Below are positions 40,945 through 51,111 of a stretch of 64,000 nt of DNA, piece after piece (positions within the stretch are counted from its first letter, which is position 1; the number at the start of each line of letters is the position of its first letter). The notes under the pieces were generated by a model. It made no database searches and was not told where the DNA came from. It was given only the letters and a program-made list of their open reading frames with translations. Origin of the DNA: Candidatus Aerophobota bacterium (GTDB lineage: Bacteria; Aerophobota; Aerophobia; Aerophobales; JAGGXI01); the NCBI GenBank assembly GCA_021163155.1, contig JAGGXI010000038.1:7731-71730 (forward strand). The letters are read 5' to 3'. The translations under genes and the position numbers were made by a program.

Positions 40945-41050
40945 ACCCACTTGTGGGTAGACTAATCGCCCTTTATAAAACAAGAGTTAAAAAGCGATTG
41001 GGAGGCTAAAGCCTCCCCCTACCCAGGTGGAGAACTTTAATGAGCTCATC
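40945..41050. repeat. family-A REP-like element (core GGGAGGCTAAAGCCTCCCCCTACCC)
   Basis: It is near-identical to 12822-12913. Confidence 0.8.
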
Positions 41051-41149
41051 TAATTACCAAACAAGAGTTGTTTTAGAATTTGTTTAGGGTTTAGTATTTT
41101 AATTTAATTTAATTTATATACTAATTTAAAATTGTCAAAATTTTTTAAG

Positions 41150-41250
41150 GAGGCCTTTCTTACACAGATTATTAAAAATGATTACAGCAATTTAACAAGG
41201 ATAATCTAATTTGTGTAATTTGGACTTCTATCTGCGAAATTAAAGATTTA
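41150..41250 (-). repeat. family-C repeat (inverted orientation)
   Basis: The reverse complement matches 42530-42625 ('aaatct.t.atttcgcagata.aagtccaaattacaca..' plus 'gtaatcattttaa.aatctgtgtaa'). Confidence 0.7.
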
Positions 41251-41269
41251 TCCCTTTAGAAAGAATTCT

Positions 41270-41500
41270 TTAACAGGATTTACCAGATTCTATCTTCCCC
41301 AATTTAGAAAAAATCTCTGCCTTACCTCTAATTTTTACGGCAGATATATCTCTGGTGAATTGACAAATCCAGACCTCGTCTTTGTCTAACTTTTCTGTAT
41401 GGTGAATTACGGTCTCTTTGCCTCGAGTTAAGCCTATAATAGTTACAGAATCTTCTAATGCTTTTACTACAATAAAATCGGCTAACTCTGCCTCTTCCAC
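41270..41500 (-). CDS. hypothetical small protein
   Basis: The product is 76 aa with no motif recognised. Coding status is uncertain. Confidence 0.3.
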   Translation of the reverse strand: MEEAELADFIVVKALEDSVTIIGLTRGKETVIHHTEKLDKDEVWICQFTRDISAVKIRGKAEIFSKLGKIESGKSC

Positions 41501-41589
41501 TTTATATTCACCTCTCTCCTTAAATACTTTTGATTTATCTTCGGTTAAATAATAATACAGTTTTTAATTTAGGTCAACTATGACAAATT

Positions 41590-41616
41590 GGGGGTCAGGT
41601 CTCAACATTTGACATT
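41590..41616 (+). repeat. GGGGTCAGGTCTCAACATTTGACATTT motif (left inverted copy flanking eamA)
   Basis: It is the reverse complement of 42842-42869. Related copies lie at 53949 and 56600. Confidence 0.7.
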
Positions 41617-41618
41617 TC

Positions 41619-42488
41619 TTATCCCCATATTCCTACTAAAAATACTCCTGCAAATATTGCAGTCATGCCTAAAAACGAACTTTTAGTAGGTTTTTCTTTT
41701 AAAAATAGAATACTGAGAAAAAAAGCAAACAATACTACAAGTCCTCTAATGGGAGACAATAAACTTGCTCGTTCTATTTTTAAAGCTGATAACCAAAAAA
41801 TCCAACCAATAAAGGAGCCGAAGAATCCAGATAAAATAGCTACTTCTACTCCTTTTATAGAACACTTAAGCCTTCTTTTAGCTCGACTGATTAATCCTGT
41901 GAGACCCCAAGCAATACTAATCACAACCATTAAAATAAATTGATATGCAAGGGGGTCCATTCCGTGATTAAAGCAGTATTTAGTAGGAATAACCTCAGCT
42001 ATCCCCCAAATAAGGCCTGCGGAAAGAGCCAGGATAGACCCCAATTTTGGGGTATAAAAACAGTTCTCTTCTCGTTTAGTGAGAAGATATGCTCCCCAAA
42101 CTACCAGAAAAGCCGAGAGAAATACCACAAATTTTGCTTCTTCACCCAAAAGTAGTATTGCAGCAGAAACTCCCCAGAAAGGGGCAGTATTTGCCAAAGA
42201 TGTGGCTTTGTGAACTGCAATTTTACTTATAGCGATAAGGTACAGCATCTCGCCAATAAATGAATCTAAGAATCCCCCTATAATGGCAATCAGAATAAGT
42301 TTAGGTTCAGGAAAGTCTAATCCTCCGCTTAACAAAACATAGGGAATGAAGAAAAGTAATCCAAAGAGACTTCTAATAGTCGCATAAACTGCAATATCTG
42401 TATCTCTTAAGGCAATTTTATTTATAACTAAAGATATTGCCCAAAATAGAGATGCTCCTGCGGCAAGCACAATAGGCAATGGGTTCAT
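41619..42488 (-). CDS. EamA/DMT-family transporter
   Basis: A 289-aa protein with 10 TM helices and two EamA repeats. Confidence 0.8.
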   Translation of the reverse strand: MNPLPIVLAAGASLFWAISLVINKIALRDTDIAVYATIRSLFGLLFFIPYVLLSGGLDFPEPKLILIAIIGGFLDSFIGEMLYLIAISKIAVHKATSLANTAPFWGVSAAILLLGEEAKFVVFLSAFLVVWGAYLLTKREENCFYTPKLGSILALSAGLIWGIAEVIPTKYCFNHGMDPLAYQFILMVVISIAWGLTGLISRAKRRLKCSIKGVEVAILSGFFGSFIGWIFWLSALKIERASLLSPIRGLVVLFAFFLSILFLKEKPTKSSFLGMTAIFAGVFLVGIWG

Positions 42489-42503
42489 TAGTATCTCCTC
42501 TGT

Positions 42504-42650
42504 TAGAGATTTCTAGAAAAGTCAAAAATCTCTGATTTCGCAGATAAAAGTCCAAATTACACAGATAAATTATTCTTACTAAATCAGTGTAATCATTTTA
42601 AAAATCTGTGTAATCAGAAGCCTCTGGAGATTTTTCAGAGGTCTCCTGAT
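42504..42650 (+). repeat. family-C repeat, long copy
   Basis: 'gagatttctagaaaagtcaaaaatctctgatttcgcagataaaagtccaaattacacagat...gaagcctctggagatttttcagaggtctc'. Confidence 0.8.
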
Positions 42651-42728
42651 AAATGGTTTGGTATCCTGATATTATAAAACTACTTTACTGTATATATCAG
42701 AAAAACAATTTTTATCAAATTGAGCTAT

Positions 42729-42826
42729 TTTGAGATTTCTAGAAAAGTCAAAAATCTCTGATTTCGCAGATAAAAGTCCAAATTACACAGATCAAAGGAC
42801 TCTGGAGGTTTTTTTAGAAGCTTCTT
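42729..42826 (+). repeat. family-C repeat (tandem second copy, about 225 bp after the first)
   Basis: 55 bp are identical to 42504-42570. Confidence 0.8.
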
Positions 42827-42841
42827 ATTTTATAAAATGTT

Positions 42842-42869
42842 AAATGTTGAGACCTGACCTCTATTCTCT
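42842..42869 (-). repeat. GGTCAGGTCTCAACATTTAACATTT motif (right inverted copy flanking eamA)
   Basis: It is the reverse complement of 41590-41616. Confidence 0.7.
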
Positions 42870-42880
42870 TAAATTTAAAT

Positions 42881-42915
42881 TTGACATAAAGATAGCTTTT
42901 GATAGGATTAGGGAC
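42881..42915 (+). promoter_or_regulatory. candidate sigma70 promoter TTGACAtaaagatagcttttgaTAGGAT for metG
   Basis: The hexamer spacing is appropriate and it lies 40 bp upstream of the metG start. Confidence 0.35.
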
Positions 42916-42953
42916 AAGCAAAAACAGGATTAAAGAGAGCAAAGGAAGAGAAG

Positions 42954-44489
42954 TTGAAAAAAAATTTTTATATTACCACTCCTATATACTATGTTAATGA
43001 CATCCCTCATTTAGGGCATGCGTATACTACTATAGCTGCTGATGTTTTAGCAAGATATAAACGCTTAAGAGGATACAATGTATTTTTTCTTACAGGAACC
43101 GATGAACATGGAGATAAGATTGCCCGAACAGCAGAAAAAAAGGGGATCAGTCCTCATGAGCTTACAGATAAGGTAGTAATTAGATTTAAAAACCTCTGGA
43201 AAGAACTTTATATTTCTAATGACGATTTTATTCGAACTACTGAATTTCGACACATTGAAGCTGTAAAAGAAGTTTTCTTGAAATTATATAAACAAGATGA
43301 TATCTATAAGGGAAAATATAAGGGATGGTATTGCATTTCCTGTGAAAGTTTTTGGCTGGAATCTCAACTAAAAGAAGGAAATCTTTGCCCAGAGTGTGGA
43401 CGAAAAGTAGAGAAAGTGGAGGAAGAGAGTTATTTTTTTCGACTCTCTAAATACCAAAAAAAACTATTGGAGCATTTTGAAAAAAATCCCAATTTTGTCT
43501 TACCTCCTACTCGCAGAAATGAGGCAATAAAATTTATTAAAAGCGGATTGAAAGACCTTAGCGTCACCCGTTTAAAATTAAATTGGGGTATACCCTGCCC
43601 CATCCAAAAAGAACATACCATTTACGTGTGGGTTGATGCACTACTCAATTATATTTCTGCTATAGGATATCCTTTTGGAAAGGAAAAATTCTCCTTCTTT
43701 TGGCCTGCAGATGTTCAGATAGTTGGCAAAGACATCTTAAAGTTTCATGCTATAATCTGGCCCTCTATTTTAATGGCTTTAGGTTTAAAACTTCCCAAAA
43801 TAGTTTTTGCTCATGGTTGGTGGAAAGTAAATAACGAAAAAATGTCAAAATCAAAAGGTAATGTAATCGATCCCAAAGAGATAACAGAAAAATATGGAGT
43901 CGATCCTCTTCGTTACTTTCTTCTTAGAGAACTTCCTTTTGGAGGAGATGGAAGCTTCTCTACATTTTTATTTATCAAGCGGGTAAATAGCGACCTGGCA
44001 AATAATTTAGGGAATCTACTCAATAGAACACTTCCTTTGGTAATAAAGTATTGCGATAGCAAAGTTCCTTACCCTGATAAAGAAAATAACGATGAAATAG
44101 GAATAAAGAAGAGAGCAGAAGAAATCATTTCTCAATTAGATGAGATGATGAATACTCTCTCCTTTTCCAAAGCTCTCTCTTTAATCTGGGAAATAGCAAA
44201 ATTAACTAATTTGTATATAAATAAGTCCGCACCCTGGAGTTTGGCTAAGGATAAAAGCAAAGAAGGAGAATACCGCACAGTTTTATATAATGTTTTGGAT
44301 TCCTTGCGGATAATTACCATTCTTGTCTTCCCTTTTATTCCCCAATCAGCAAAAAAGATGTGGAATCAATTGGGGATTGAAGAAGAGCTGGAAAAGCAAA
44401 TTTTGGATGAAGAAAGTATTAAAAAAGGAATAATCCCAGGAACAAAGATAAAAAAAGGACCTCCTCTTTTCCCTCGTATTGAAGAATAG
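42954..44489 (+). CDS. metG: methionyl-tRNA synthetase
   Basis: 'HLGHAYT' (HIGH) and 'KMSKSKGN' (KMSKS) motifs plus a Zn-knuckle are present. Length is 511 aa. Confidence 0.9.
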   Translation: MKKNFYITTPIYYVNDIPHLGHAYTTIAADVLARYKRLRGYNVFFLTGTDEHGDKIARTAEKKGISPHELTDKVVIRFKNLWKELYISNDDFIRTTEFRHIEAVKEVFLKLYKQDDIYKGKYKGWYCISCESFWLESQLKEGNLCPECGRKVEKVEEESYFFRLSKYQKKLLEHFEKNPNFVLPPTRRNEAIKFIKSGLKDLSVTRLKLNWGIPCPIQKEHTIYVWVDALLNYISAIGYPFGKEKFSFFWPADVQIVGKDILKFHAIIWPSILMALGLKLPKIVFAHGWWKVNNEKMSKSKGNVIDPKEITEKYGVDPLRYFLLRELPFGGDGSFSTFLFIKRVNSDLANNLGNLLNRTLPLVIKYCDSKVPYPDKENNDEIGIKKRAEEIISQLDEMMNTLSFSKALSLIWEIAKLTNLYINKSAPWSLAKDKSKEGEYRTVLYNVLDSLRIITILVFPFIPQSAKKMWNQLGIEEELEKQILDEESIKKGIIPGTKIKKGPPLFPRIEE

Positions 44490-45329
44490 ATGAAATTAAG
44501 AGATAAGGTAGAGTACCTTTGGTATAAATACAATTTCACTCCTAGAAGAGACTTAGGTCAAAATTTTCTCATTGACTCTCACATAGTTGAAAAAATAGTG
44601 GACACTATTAAACCCGATAAAAAAGATACAATCTTGGAAATAGGAGCAGGAACAGGGGTCTTAACAGAAAAATTAGTTAAAAAAGGGGGGAAAGTAATTG
44701 CTGTGGAAATAGATAAAAACCTGGGAGAGGCATTAAAGAAAGAATTTAAAGAATATTTAAACTTAAAGATAATTTGTGGAGATATAACACAAATATCCTT
44801 TGATGAAGAGTTTAAGCAAGCAAAGTCGGTTAAATTAGTAGGAAATCTACCTTATTACATAGCTTCCCTAATTTTATTGGATATGATTAAAAAAGATTGG
44901 GTTAAATTTATGGTAGTAATGGTACAAAGAGAGGTGGCAGAAAAACTTTTAGCTAAACCAGGAAATAAAAAAAGAGGAAGATTAACTGTTTTAATGAACT
45001 ATTACGGGCAAGGAGAAAAAATAATTGATATTCCTCCTCAAGCCTTTACTCCTCCTTCTAAGGTCGGGGCAACTCTGCTTAAAATAGAAAAAAGGGAGAG
45101 ATGCAAGTTAAAAGATGAGAACAACTTTTTCTCTGTAGTGAAAGCAGCTTTCTCTTTGCGGCGCAAAATGATTACAAATTCCTTAAGTAAAGAATTAGGA
45201 ATAAATAAAGACTCAATTAAAGAAAAATTAGAAAGTATAGGAATAGATTGGAGAAAGAGGGCGGAAGACTTAACAGAGGAAGAATTCATCAGCATAAGCA
45301 ACAATTTAGGAGTAAAAAATGCCCATTAA
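44490..45329 (+). CDS. rsmA: 16S rRNA (adenine1518/1519-N6)-dimethyltransferase
   Basis: 'GQNFL' and 'EIGAGTGVLT' motifs are present in a 279-aa product. Confidence 0.9.
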   Translation: MKLRDKVEYLWYKYNFTPRRDLGQNFLIDSHIVEKIVDTIKPDKKDTILEIGAGTGVLTEKLVKKGGKVIAVEIDKNLGEALKKEFKEYLNLKIICGDITQISFDEEFKQAKSVKLVGNLPYYIASLILLDMIKKDWVKFMVVMVQREVAEKLLAKPGNKKRGRLTVLMNYYGQGEKIIDIPPQAFTPPSKVGATLLKIEKRERCKLKDENNFFSVVKAAFSLRRKMITNSLSKELGINKDSIKEKLESIGIDWRKRAEDLTEEEFISISNNLGVKNAH

Positions 45330-46359
45330 TACTATAGAATGGATAGATAGCCAAATTAAAATTATTGACCAGACTCTACTTCCTCAAAAGCTAAAATATA
45401 TTTATTGCAAAGATATAGAGAGTTTAAAAAAAGCAATAGTTTCTCTTAAAATAAGAGGAGCTCCAGCTTTGGGGATAGCTGCGGCCCTGGGAATAGTCCT
45501 GGAAATGAAGAAATCTTCTGCTAAAGATTACTCCCACTTTAAAGAAGAGCTGGAAGATACGATAAGCTATATAGGTTCTTCTCGTCCTACAGCAGTAAAT
45601 CTTTTTCGGTCCTTAAAAAGGATGCATAATTGTATGGAAAAAAATAGGAAGAAAAAAATAGAAAAAATTAAAGAGGCTTTAGAGAAAGAAGCTCTCCAAA
45701 TTATAGAAGAAGATAAAAGATGTAATCGTCTAATAGGGAAAAAGGGGGCCTCTCTCATTAAAGATGGAGATACTATTCTTACCCATTGCAATGCTGGAGC
45801 ATTAGCCACCGCTGATTATGGAACTGCTTTAGGAATTATTTATAGAGCTAAAGAGGAGGGAAAAAGAGTCAGGGTTTATGTTGATGAGACAAGACCTCTT
45901 CTTCAGGGAGCAAGATTGACTACCTGGGAACTTTTAAAAGAGGGAATTGAAACCACACTTATATGCGATAACATGGCAGGTGAGGTGATGAGAGAAGGAA
46001 AAATTGATAAGATTTTAGTGGGAGCGGATAGGATAGCCGCCAACGGAGATACAGCTAATAAAATAGGAACTTATACTTTAGCTGTCCTGGCAAAAGAGAA
46101 TAGAATCCCTTTTTATATAGTCTCTCCTTTATCAAGCATTGATTTATCCTTACCAAAAGGAGAAGAGATCCCTATTGAACAAAGAGATAAAAATGAAGTG
46201 ATAAAAGGATTGGGGAAAGTTATCGCCCCTGAAGAAGTTAAAGTTTATAATCCCGCTTTCGATATAACCCCCGCTAAATATATTAAAGGTATAATTACAG
46301 AAAAAGGAATATATAGGTCTCCTTACAAAAAGAGTTTAAAAAATTTAGGAGGAAAATAG
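45319..46359 (+). CDS. mtnA: S-methyl-5-thioribose-1-phosphate isomerase / eIF-2B-like family
   Basis: 'GADRIAANGDTANKIGTY' is present in a 346-aa product. Confidence 0.8.
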   Translation: MPINTIEWIDSQIKIIDQTLLPQKLKYIYCKDIESLKKAIVSLKIRGAPALGIAAALGIVLEMKKSSAKDYSHFKEELEDTISYIGSSRPTAVNLFRSLKRMHNCMEKNRKKKIEKIKEALEKEALQIIEEDKRCNRLIGKKGASLIKDGDTILTHCNAGALATADYGTALGIIYRAKEEGKRVRVYVDETRPLLQGARLTTWELLKEGIETTLICDNMAGEVMREGKIDKILVGADRIAANGDTANKIGTYTLAVLAKENRIPFYIVSPLSSIDLSLPKGEEIPIEQRDKNEVIKGLGKVIAPEEVKVYNPAFDITPAKYIKGIITEKGIYRSPYKKSLKNLGGK

Positions 46360-46361
46360 AT

Positions 46362-46664
46362 ATGAAAAAGATTATAGATAAAGAACAAACAAGATATATT
46401 GCTCATTTAGCAAGACTAAAATTAAGTAAAGAGGAAGAGAAAAAATTTACTAAACAACTAAGAGATATCTTATCTTATGTAGATAAATTAAAAGAAATAG
46501 ACACTAAAAATATTCCCCCCACCTCTCACATTATTCCTCTTAACAATGTGTTTAGAGAAGATAAAAAAAGAGACTCTTTACCTTTAGAAAAGGTTTTATC
46601 CAACGCTCCTCAGCAAAAACGGAAATATTTTCAAGTTCCCAAAATAATTGATATAATAGGTTAA
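46362..46664 (+). CDS. gatC: Asp/Glu-tRNA amidotransferase subunit C
   Basis: The 100-aa product has the 'IAHLARLKLSKEE' GatC N-terminus. Confidence 0.8.
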   Translation: MKKIIDKEQTRYIAHLARLKLSKEEEKKFTKQLRDILSYVDKLKEIDTKNIPPTSHIIPLNNVFREDKKRDSLPLEKVLSNAPQQKRKYFQVPKIIDIIG

Positions 46665-47147
46665 TCACTTCTTTTTTTTTATGCCTTCTTTTATTATGAA
46701 AATAGGTAAGACTAAAAGAGAATTATAAAGAGAGGAAAGAAAAACAAGAAAAGTTAAATGAGTTCGTGAAAAAGAAGAGATGTGAAAAATTGAGGAAAAA
46801 GAAATAAGGAGAAATCCATTAAGAATAGTAGATAAGCACATAATAATGAGAAGAAGTATTAAATTCTCTTCATAAACTTTCTCTCTTATTTCCCCAACAA
46901 GAAAACCAACTATACACAAGGTAAATGCATTTACACCCCAAAGAGGAAAAAAGAGAACATCTTTTAAAATGCCTATTATAAAACCAGATATTACCCCTTG
47001 CCTCCATCCATTATACCAAGCCCATAAAACAAGTAAGATTAAAAAAAGGTCGGGGCTGCCCCTTTTAATTTGAAATCCTCCTATCAAAGTAATCTGGAGA
47101 ATAAGAATGACTAAAAATAAAATAATAAATATAATTGCTTTCTTCAT
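46665..47147 (-). CDS. mreD: rod shape-determining protein MreD
   Basis: A 160-aa polytopic protein directly downstream of mreC. Confidence 0.7.
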   Translation of the reverse strand: MKKAIIFIILFLVILILQITLIGGFQIKRGSPDLFLILLVLWAWYNGWRQGVISGFIIGILKDVLFFPLWGVNAFTLCIVGFLVGEIREKVYEENLILLLIIMCLSTILNGFLLISFSSIFHISSFSRTHLTFLVFLSSLYNSLLVLPIFIIKEGIKKKK

Positions 47148-47959
47148 TCTTCTATCTTTATAATGAATAACTCCTCTAATTTTCTAAAATCTACATAAGG
47201 AGTTACTTCTACATATTGGAATAATTGGTGAGGATTCTTCTTTATCAGAGAAATTTCTCCAACAAGAATCCCTTTAGGGAAAATTCCTCCTAATCCAGAG
47301 GTTATTATCTTATCTCCTACTTTAACGGATACTTTATTGGGCAGGTATATCAATTCACATTTTTCCTCCTCACCCTTACCTTGAAGGATAGCTATATCTC
47401 TAGTTTTTTCATCCCGAACCCCTACCTTACTTCTTTTATCAAGAATTGATAATATTTTAGCCTGATGAGGATAAATCTCAATTATTCTTCCTACTAACCC
47501 CTGAGCATTAACTACCACCATATTTTTCTTTACCCCTTCTTTACCACCCTTCCCAATAAAAATGGTATCAAAATAGCTAAAAGGAGAATAAGCTATAACT
47601 TCTACAGGTATAAGATTAAATGCTTGCCTCTTTTTAAACTCAAGCGTTCTCTTCAATTTATCATTATCGGAAAGGATATGGCGGTAATAATTTTCTTGCT
47701 GGAAAGTGAGCTTATTAACCTTCTCCTTAAGCATCTGATTTTCTTTTCTTAATTTTTTGGCTTCATAAATATTCCCTATAGACTCGGTAAGCTCTGTTTT
47801 GAAATTAAAGAAGCATCTCTGGAAAGATTCCACAAAGAAATAACTCCTCTCTTTCACTTCAATGGGTAGGTCTCTTTTATAGTTAGAAACTAATATTAAA
47901 ACAAAAGATATAAAAAGAAAACTAATTAAAAAAATTGTCTTTGAACCAATTTTTCCCAA
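47144..47959 (-). CDS. mreC: rod shape-determining protein MreC
   Basis: An N-terminal TM helix and coiled coil are followed by a C-terminal beta domain. It lies between mreB and mreD. Confidence 0.85.
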   Translation of the reverse strand: MGKIGSKTIFLISFLFISFVLILVSNYKRDLPIEVKERSYFFVESFQRCFFNFKTELTESIGNIYEAKKLRKENQMLKEKVNKLTFQQENYYRHILSDNDKLKRTLEFKKRQAFNLIPVEVIAYSPFSYFDTIFIGKGGKEGVKKNMVVVNAQGLVGRIIEIYPHQAKILSILDKRSKVGVRDEKTRDIAILQGKGEEEKCELIYLPNKVSVKVGDKIITSGLGGIFPKGILVGEISLIKKNPHQLFQYVEVTPYVDFRKLEELFIIKIEE

Positions 47960-47979
47960 TTCTTGCTCACTTTATTTAA

Positions 47980-48073
47980 ACTCAGATTCGAAAAAGTTAA
48001 AAATCTCTGATTTCGCAGATAAAAATCGAGATTACACAGATTGAGGCCTTTGGAGGTTTTTCAGAGGCCTCTA
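47980..48073 (+). repeat. family-C repeat in the mreB-mreC intergenic region
   Basis: 'aaatctctgatttcgcagataaaaatcgagattacacagattgaggcctttggaggtttttcagaggcctc'. Confidence 0.8.
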
Positions 48074-48103
48074 ATAAATTACCAAATCTGGATAAACATA
48101 ATT

Positions 48104-49138
48104 TCAATAAGGAGTTATTTCTACCGAGGATAAAATATCGGGGTTATCCAATAGCTTCCCTGTCCCTAAAGCTACTGAAAGAAGAGGGTCGGAAGCTAAT
48201 TTTACTGGAAGGTGTATTCTCTGATATAGATATTTATCAAAACCTTTAATACAGGATCCACCACCTGTAAGATATACTCCCCCCCGTCTTACATCTCCAG
48301 CAAGATCTGGAGGACACTTTTCTAAAACAGCTTCTACCATCTCACAAATTGCATTAATCACCGGCGAAAGAGCTTCTCCTATCTCCTCCGAATTTACTTC
48401 CATCTCTACAGGAAAGCCTGTGTTTAAATCTCTTCCATCTATTTTCATCTTCTCTTCCTTGGGAGGAGGATAAATACATCCTATCTCTATCTTTATTTTT
48501 TCCGCCATCTGTTCCCCGATAAGCAAAGCATGCTTTTCCTTTAAATAATGGATTATGGCCTCTGTCATCTCATCACCAGCTACTCGAATAGAATCGCTAA
48601 CTACTATACCATTCAAGGAGACTATTGTCGTTTCACTGGTTCCTCCCCCGATATCTACCACCATACTGCCTGACGGCTTAGATATAGGTAGATTTATTCC
48701 AATAACAGCGGCTACAGATTCAGCCACAAGGTGAACTCGTCGCGCTCCTGCAGCCATTCCCATATCCATTGCTGCTCTCTTCTCCACTTTAGTTGCACAA
48801 GAAGGAATACCAATTACAAGGCGAGGTCCAATTAAAACACGGTGAGGCAAAACATGGGAAATAAAATATTTAACCATCTTTTCTGTGATATCAAAATCAG
48901 CGATCACTCCATCCTGAAGAGGTTTAATAGCCAAAATATTTTGAGGAGTCTTGCCTATCATCTCCTTAGCTTCTTTTCCTATGCCTACAATTTCCCCATT
49001 CCCTTGACTAACAGCCAACACAGAAGGCATATTTAAAACAATTCCTTTCTTTTGAGCATAAATTAAAGTATTAGTAGTCCCTAAATCTATTCCCAAATTG
49101 TTTCCGAATATTCTAAAGCTAAAGATATCTTTAAGCAT
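48104..49138 (-). CDS. mreB: rod shape-determining protein MreB (actin-like ATPase)
   Basis: 'IDLGTTNT', 'VVDIGGGTSE' and 'LTGGG' motifs are present. Confidence 0.95.
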   Translation of the reverse strand: MLKDIFSFRIFGNNLGIDLGTTNTLIYAQKKGIVLNMPSVLAVSQGNGEIVGIGKEAKEMIGKTPQNILAIKPLQDGVIADFDITEKMVKYFISHVLPHRVLIGPRLVIGIPSCATKVEKRAAMDMGMAAGARRVHLVAESVAAVIGINLPISKPSGSMVVDIGGGTSETTIVSLNGIVVSDSIRVAGDEMTEAIIHYLKEKHALLIGEQMAEKIKIEIGCIYPPPKEEKMKIDGRDLNTGFPVEMEVNSEEIGEALSPVINAICEMVEAVLEKCPPDLAGDVRRGGVYLTGGGSCIKGFDKYLYQRIHLPVKLASDPLLSVALGTGKLLDNPDILSSVEITPY

Positions 49139-49248
49139 AATAGTCTCTCTTCTTCCTTACTATATTATATTATATCTGCATAGAAAGAGAAAGTCAAATT
49201 TGCAAAATTTGAAAATAGATATATAATGCTAAAAAAGAGGAGATTATA

Positions 49249-51111
49249 ATGATACTTCGTCAATTAAGAAACTCTGTCAAACCAATAGTATGGGCAATAA
49301 TTATAGGGTTTTCAGCTTCTCTTTTTTTTATGTACGGTCTCCACAGATCAGAAAGAGAAAAACCTATTGTTAAAGTTAATGGTGCCCCTATATCTTATAC
49401 AAACTTTGCACAAGCTTATCAAAATGCCTATGATAGTTATCAACAAAAGTATCAGGGAAATATAACTCCCCAAATAGAGAAGTATTTAAGATATCAGATA
49501 TTATCTCAGTTAGTAACTACAGAACTCATCTGGCAAGAAGTGAAAAAATCCAAGATAAATGTAAACGAGCAAGAATTAACGGAGGAGATAAAGAAGATAA
49601 TAAAAAATTTTCCTTCTCGAGAGGCATTTATAAGATATCTCAACTATAAACATATTCCTTACAATGACTTTAAACAGGAGGTTAAAAAGCAATTAGCCAT
49701 AAATAAACTTATCGAAAGAATTAAAGAGAGTGCCTCAATAACTGATGAAGAAATTAAAGACTACTGGCTAAAGGAAAATGAGAGGATAAAGGCTGAATAT
49801 ATAATCCTTAAAACAGAAAACTACGAAAAAGAGATAAATACTACTCAAAAAGAGATAAAAAAATATTATACAGAACATAAAGAAGAGTTTACCATTCCTG
49901 AAAAGGTGAGTGTAAACTATATTATTATAAACCCTGAGGATTTTAATAAAAAGATAAAAATCACAGAGGAAGTACTAAAAAAATATTACGATAGTCATTT
50001 AAAAGAATTTGAAGTTCCTGAAAAAAGGAGAGCCAGCCACATCTTGATAAGAATACCCTCTAATGGAGAGGGAAAAGAAGCAAAGGAAAAAATAGAAGAG
50101 ATAGAGGAAAAAATAAAGCAAGGCTCTAATTTTGCTCTCCTGGCTAAAAAATATTCTCAAGATAAAGCATCAGCTAAAGAGGGAGGAGACATAGGATTCG
50201 TTACTTCTAAAGAGATAGTCCCCTCTTTTAGTGAGGCTCTTTTCTCCTTGGAAAAAATAGGAGAGGTCAGTGAAGTTGTAAAAACGCCTTTTGGTTATCA
50301 CCTAATTAAGCTAACAGGTATAAAACCAGCTTACACCAAATCTTTTGAAAAAGTAAAAGGAGATATTAAAAAAAGATTATTAAAGGAAAAGAGCGAAGAA
50401 TTAGCTAAAAAAGAGGCAGAAAAAATCAAGAAAGAATTTAAAGATTACATTAAAAAATATCCAGATAATTTAAAAACTACTCCTCTTTTTGCTCGCACTG
50501 AATCATTTATTAAAGAATTAGGATGGGTTCCTCAATTCACTAAGGTAGCTTTTTCCCTTAAAAAAGGAGACATCAGTTCTCCTATAAAAACCTCTATGGG
50601 ATATTGCCTTCTTAAATTAAAAGAGAAAAACCCTTCTTATATTCCTGAGTTAAAAGAGATAACTGAAGAGGTAAAAAAAGCGGTAATCAAAAAGAAATCT
50701 ATGGAATTCGCCTATAAAAAAGCAGAACAAATAGTTAAAGAAGGAGAGGAAGGAAATTCTTTTTCTTCTCTTGCTCAAAAATTTAATTTGGAATATAAAA
50801 GCTTAAAATACCTTAAAAGAGGGGAGCAGATAGAAGGGATTAATAGCAATGAGGATAGGGAGAAGTTCCTCAACACCGCCTTTTCTCTGGGAAAGAGAAA
50901 AATAAGCAAGCCTTTACTCCTACAAAATAGCTATTATATAATAAAATTATCAGATAGAGACCCTCAGTGGGAGGAATTTCATAAAAAAGAAAAGGAAATT
51001 GCCAGGAATTTACTCTCCCAGAAAAAGAGAGAATATGTAAATACCTGGCTTGAGAAATTAAATAAAGAGGCAAAAATAGTAGATAATACCAAGCTATTCT
51101 TCCCCTCTTAA
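49249..51111 (+). CDS. ppiD: periplasmic chaperone/peptidyl-prolyl isomerase PpiD-like (SurA-N plus parvulin domain)
   Basis: An N-terminal TM helix and a parvulin domain ('SHILIR...GGDIGFV...FGYHLIKL'). Length is 620 aa. Confidence 0.75.
   Translation: MILRQLRNSVKPIVWAIIIGFSASLFFMYGLHRSEREKPIVKVNGAPISYTNFAQAYQNAYDSYQQKYQGNITPQIEKYLRYQILSQLVTTELIWQEVKKSKINVNEQELTEEIKKIIKNFPSREAFIRYLNYKHIPYNDFKQEVKKQLAINKLIERIKESASITDEEIKDYWLKENERIKAEYIILKTENYEKEINTTQKEIKKYYTEHKEEFTIPEKVSVNYIIINPEDFNKKIKITEEVLKKYYDSHLKEFEVPEKRRASHILIRIPSNGEGKEAKEKIEEIEEKIKQGSNFALLAKKYSQDKASAKEGGDIGFVTSKEIVPSFSEALFSLEKIGEVSEVVKTPFGYHLIKLTGIKPAYTKSFEKVKGDIKKRLLKEKSEELAKKEAEKIKKEFKDYIKKYPDNLKTTPLFARTESFIKELGWVPQFTKVAFSLKKGDISSPIKTSMGYCLLKLKEKNPSYIPELKEITEEVKKAVIKKKSMEFAYKKAEQIVKEGEEGNSFSSLAQKFNLEYKSLKYLKRGEQIEGINSNEDREKFLNTAFSLGKRKISKPLLLQNSYYIIKLSDRDPQWEEFHKKEKEIARNLLSQKKREYVNTWLEKLNKEAKIVDNTKLFFPS

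Noticed and set aside
42504-42826. Two tandem copies of a ~100-bp repeat, about 225 bp apart: possible CRISPR array?
   Set aside because: There are only two units. The repeat is about 100 bp and not 24-48 bp, and the intervening spacer is AT-rich filler. Identical units occur as singletons at 41150, 47980 and 58687, and no cas genes are present. It is a dispersed repeat family, not a CRISPR.
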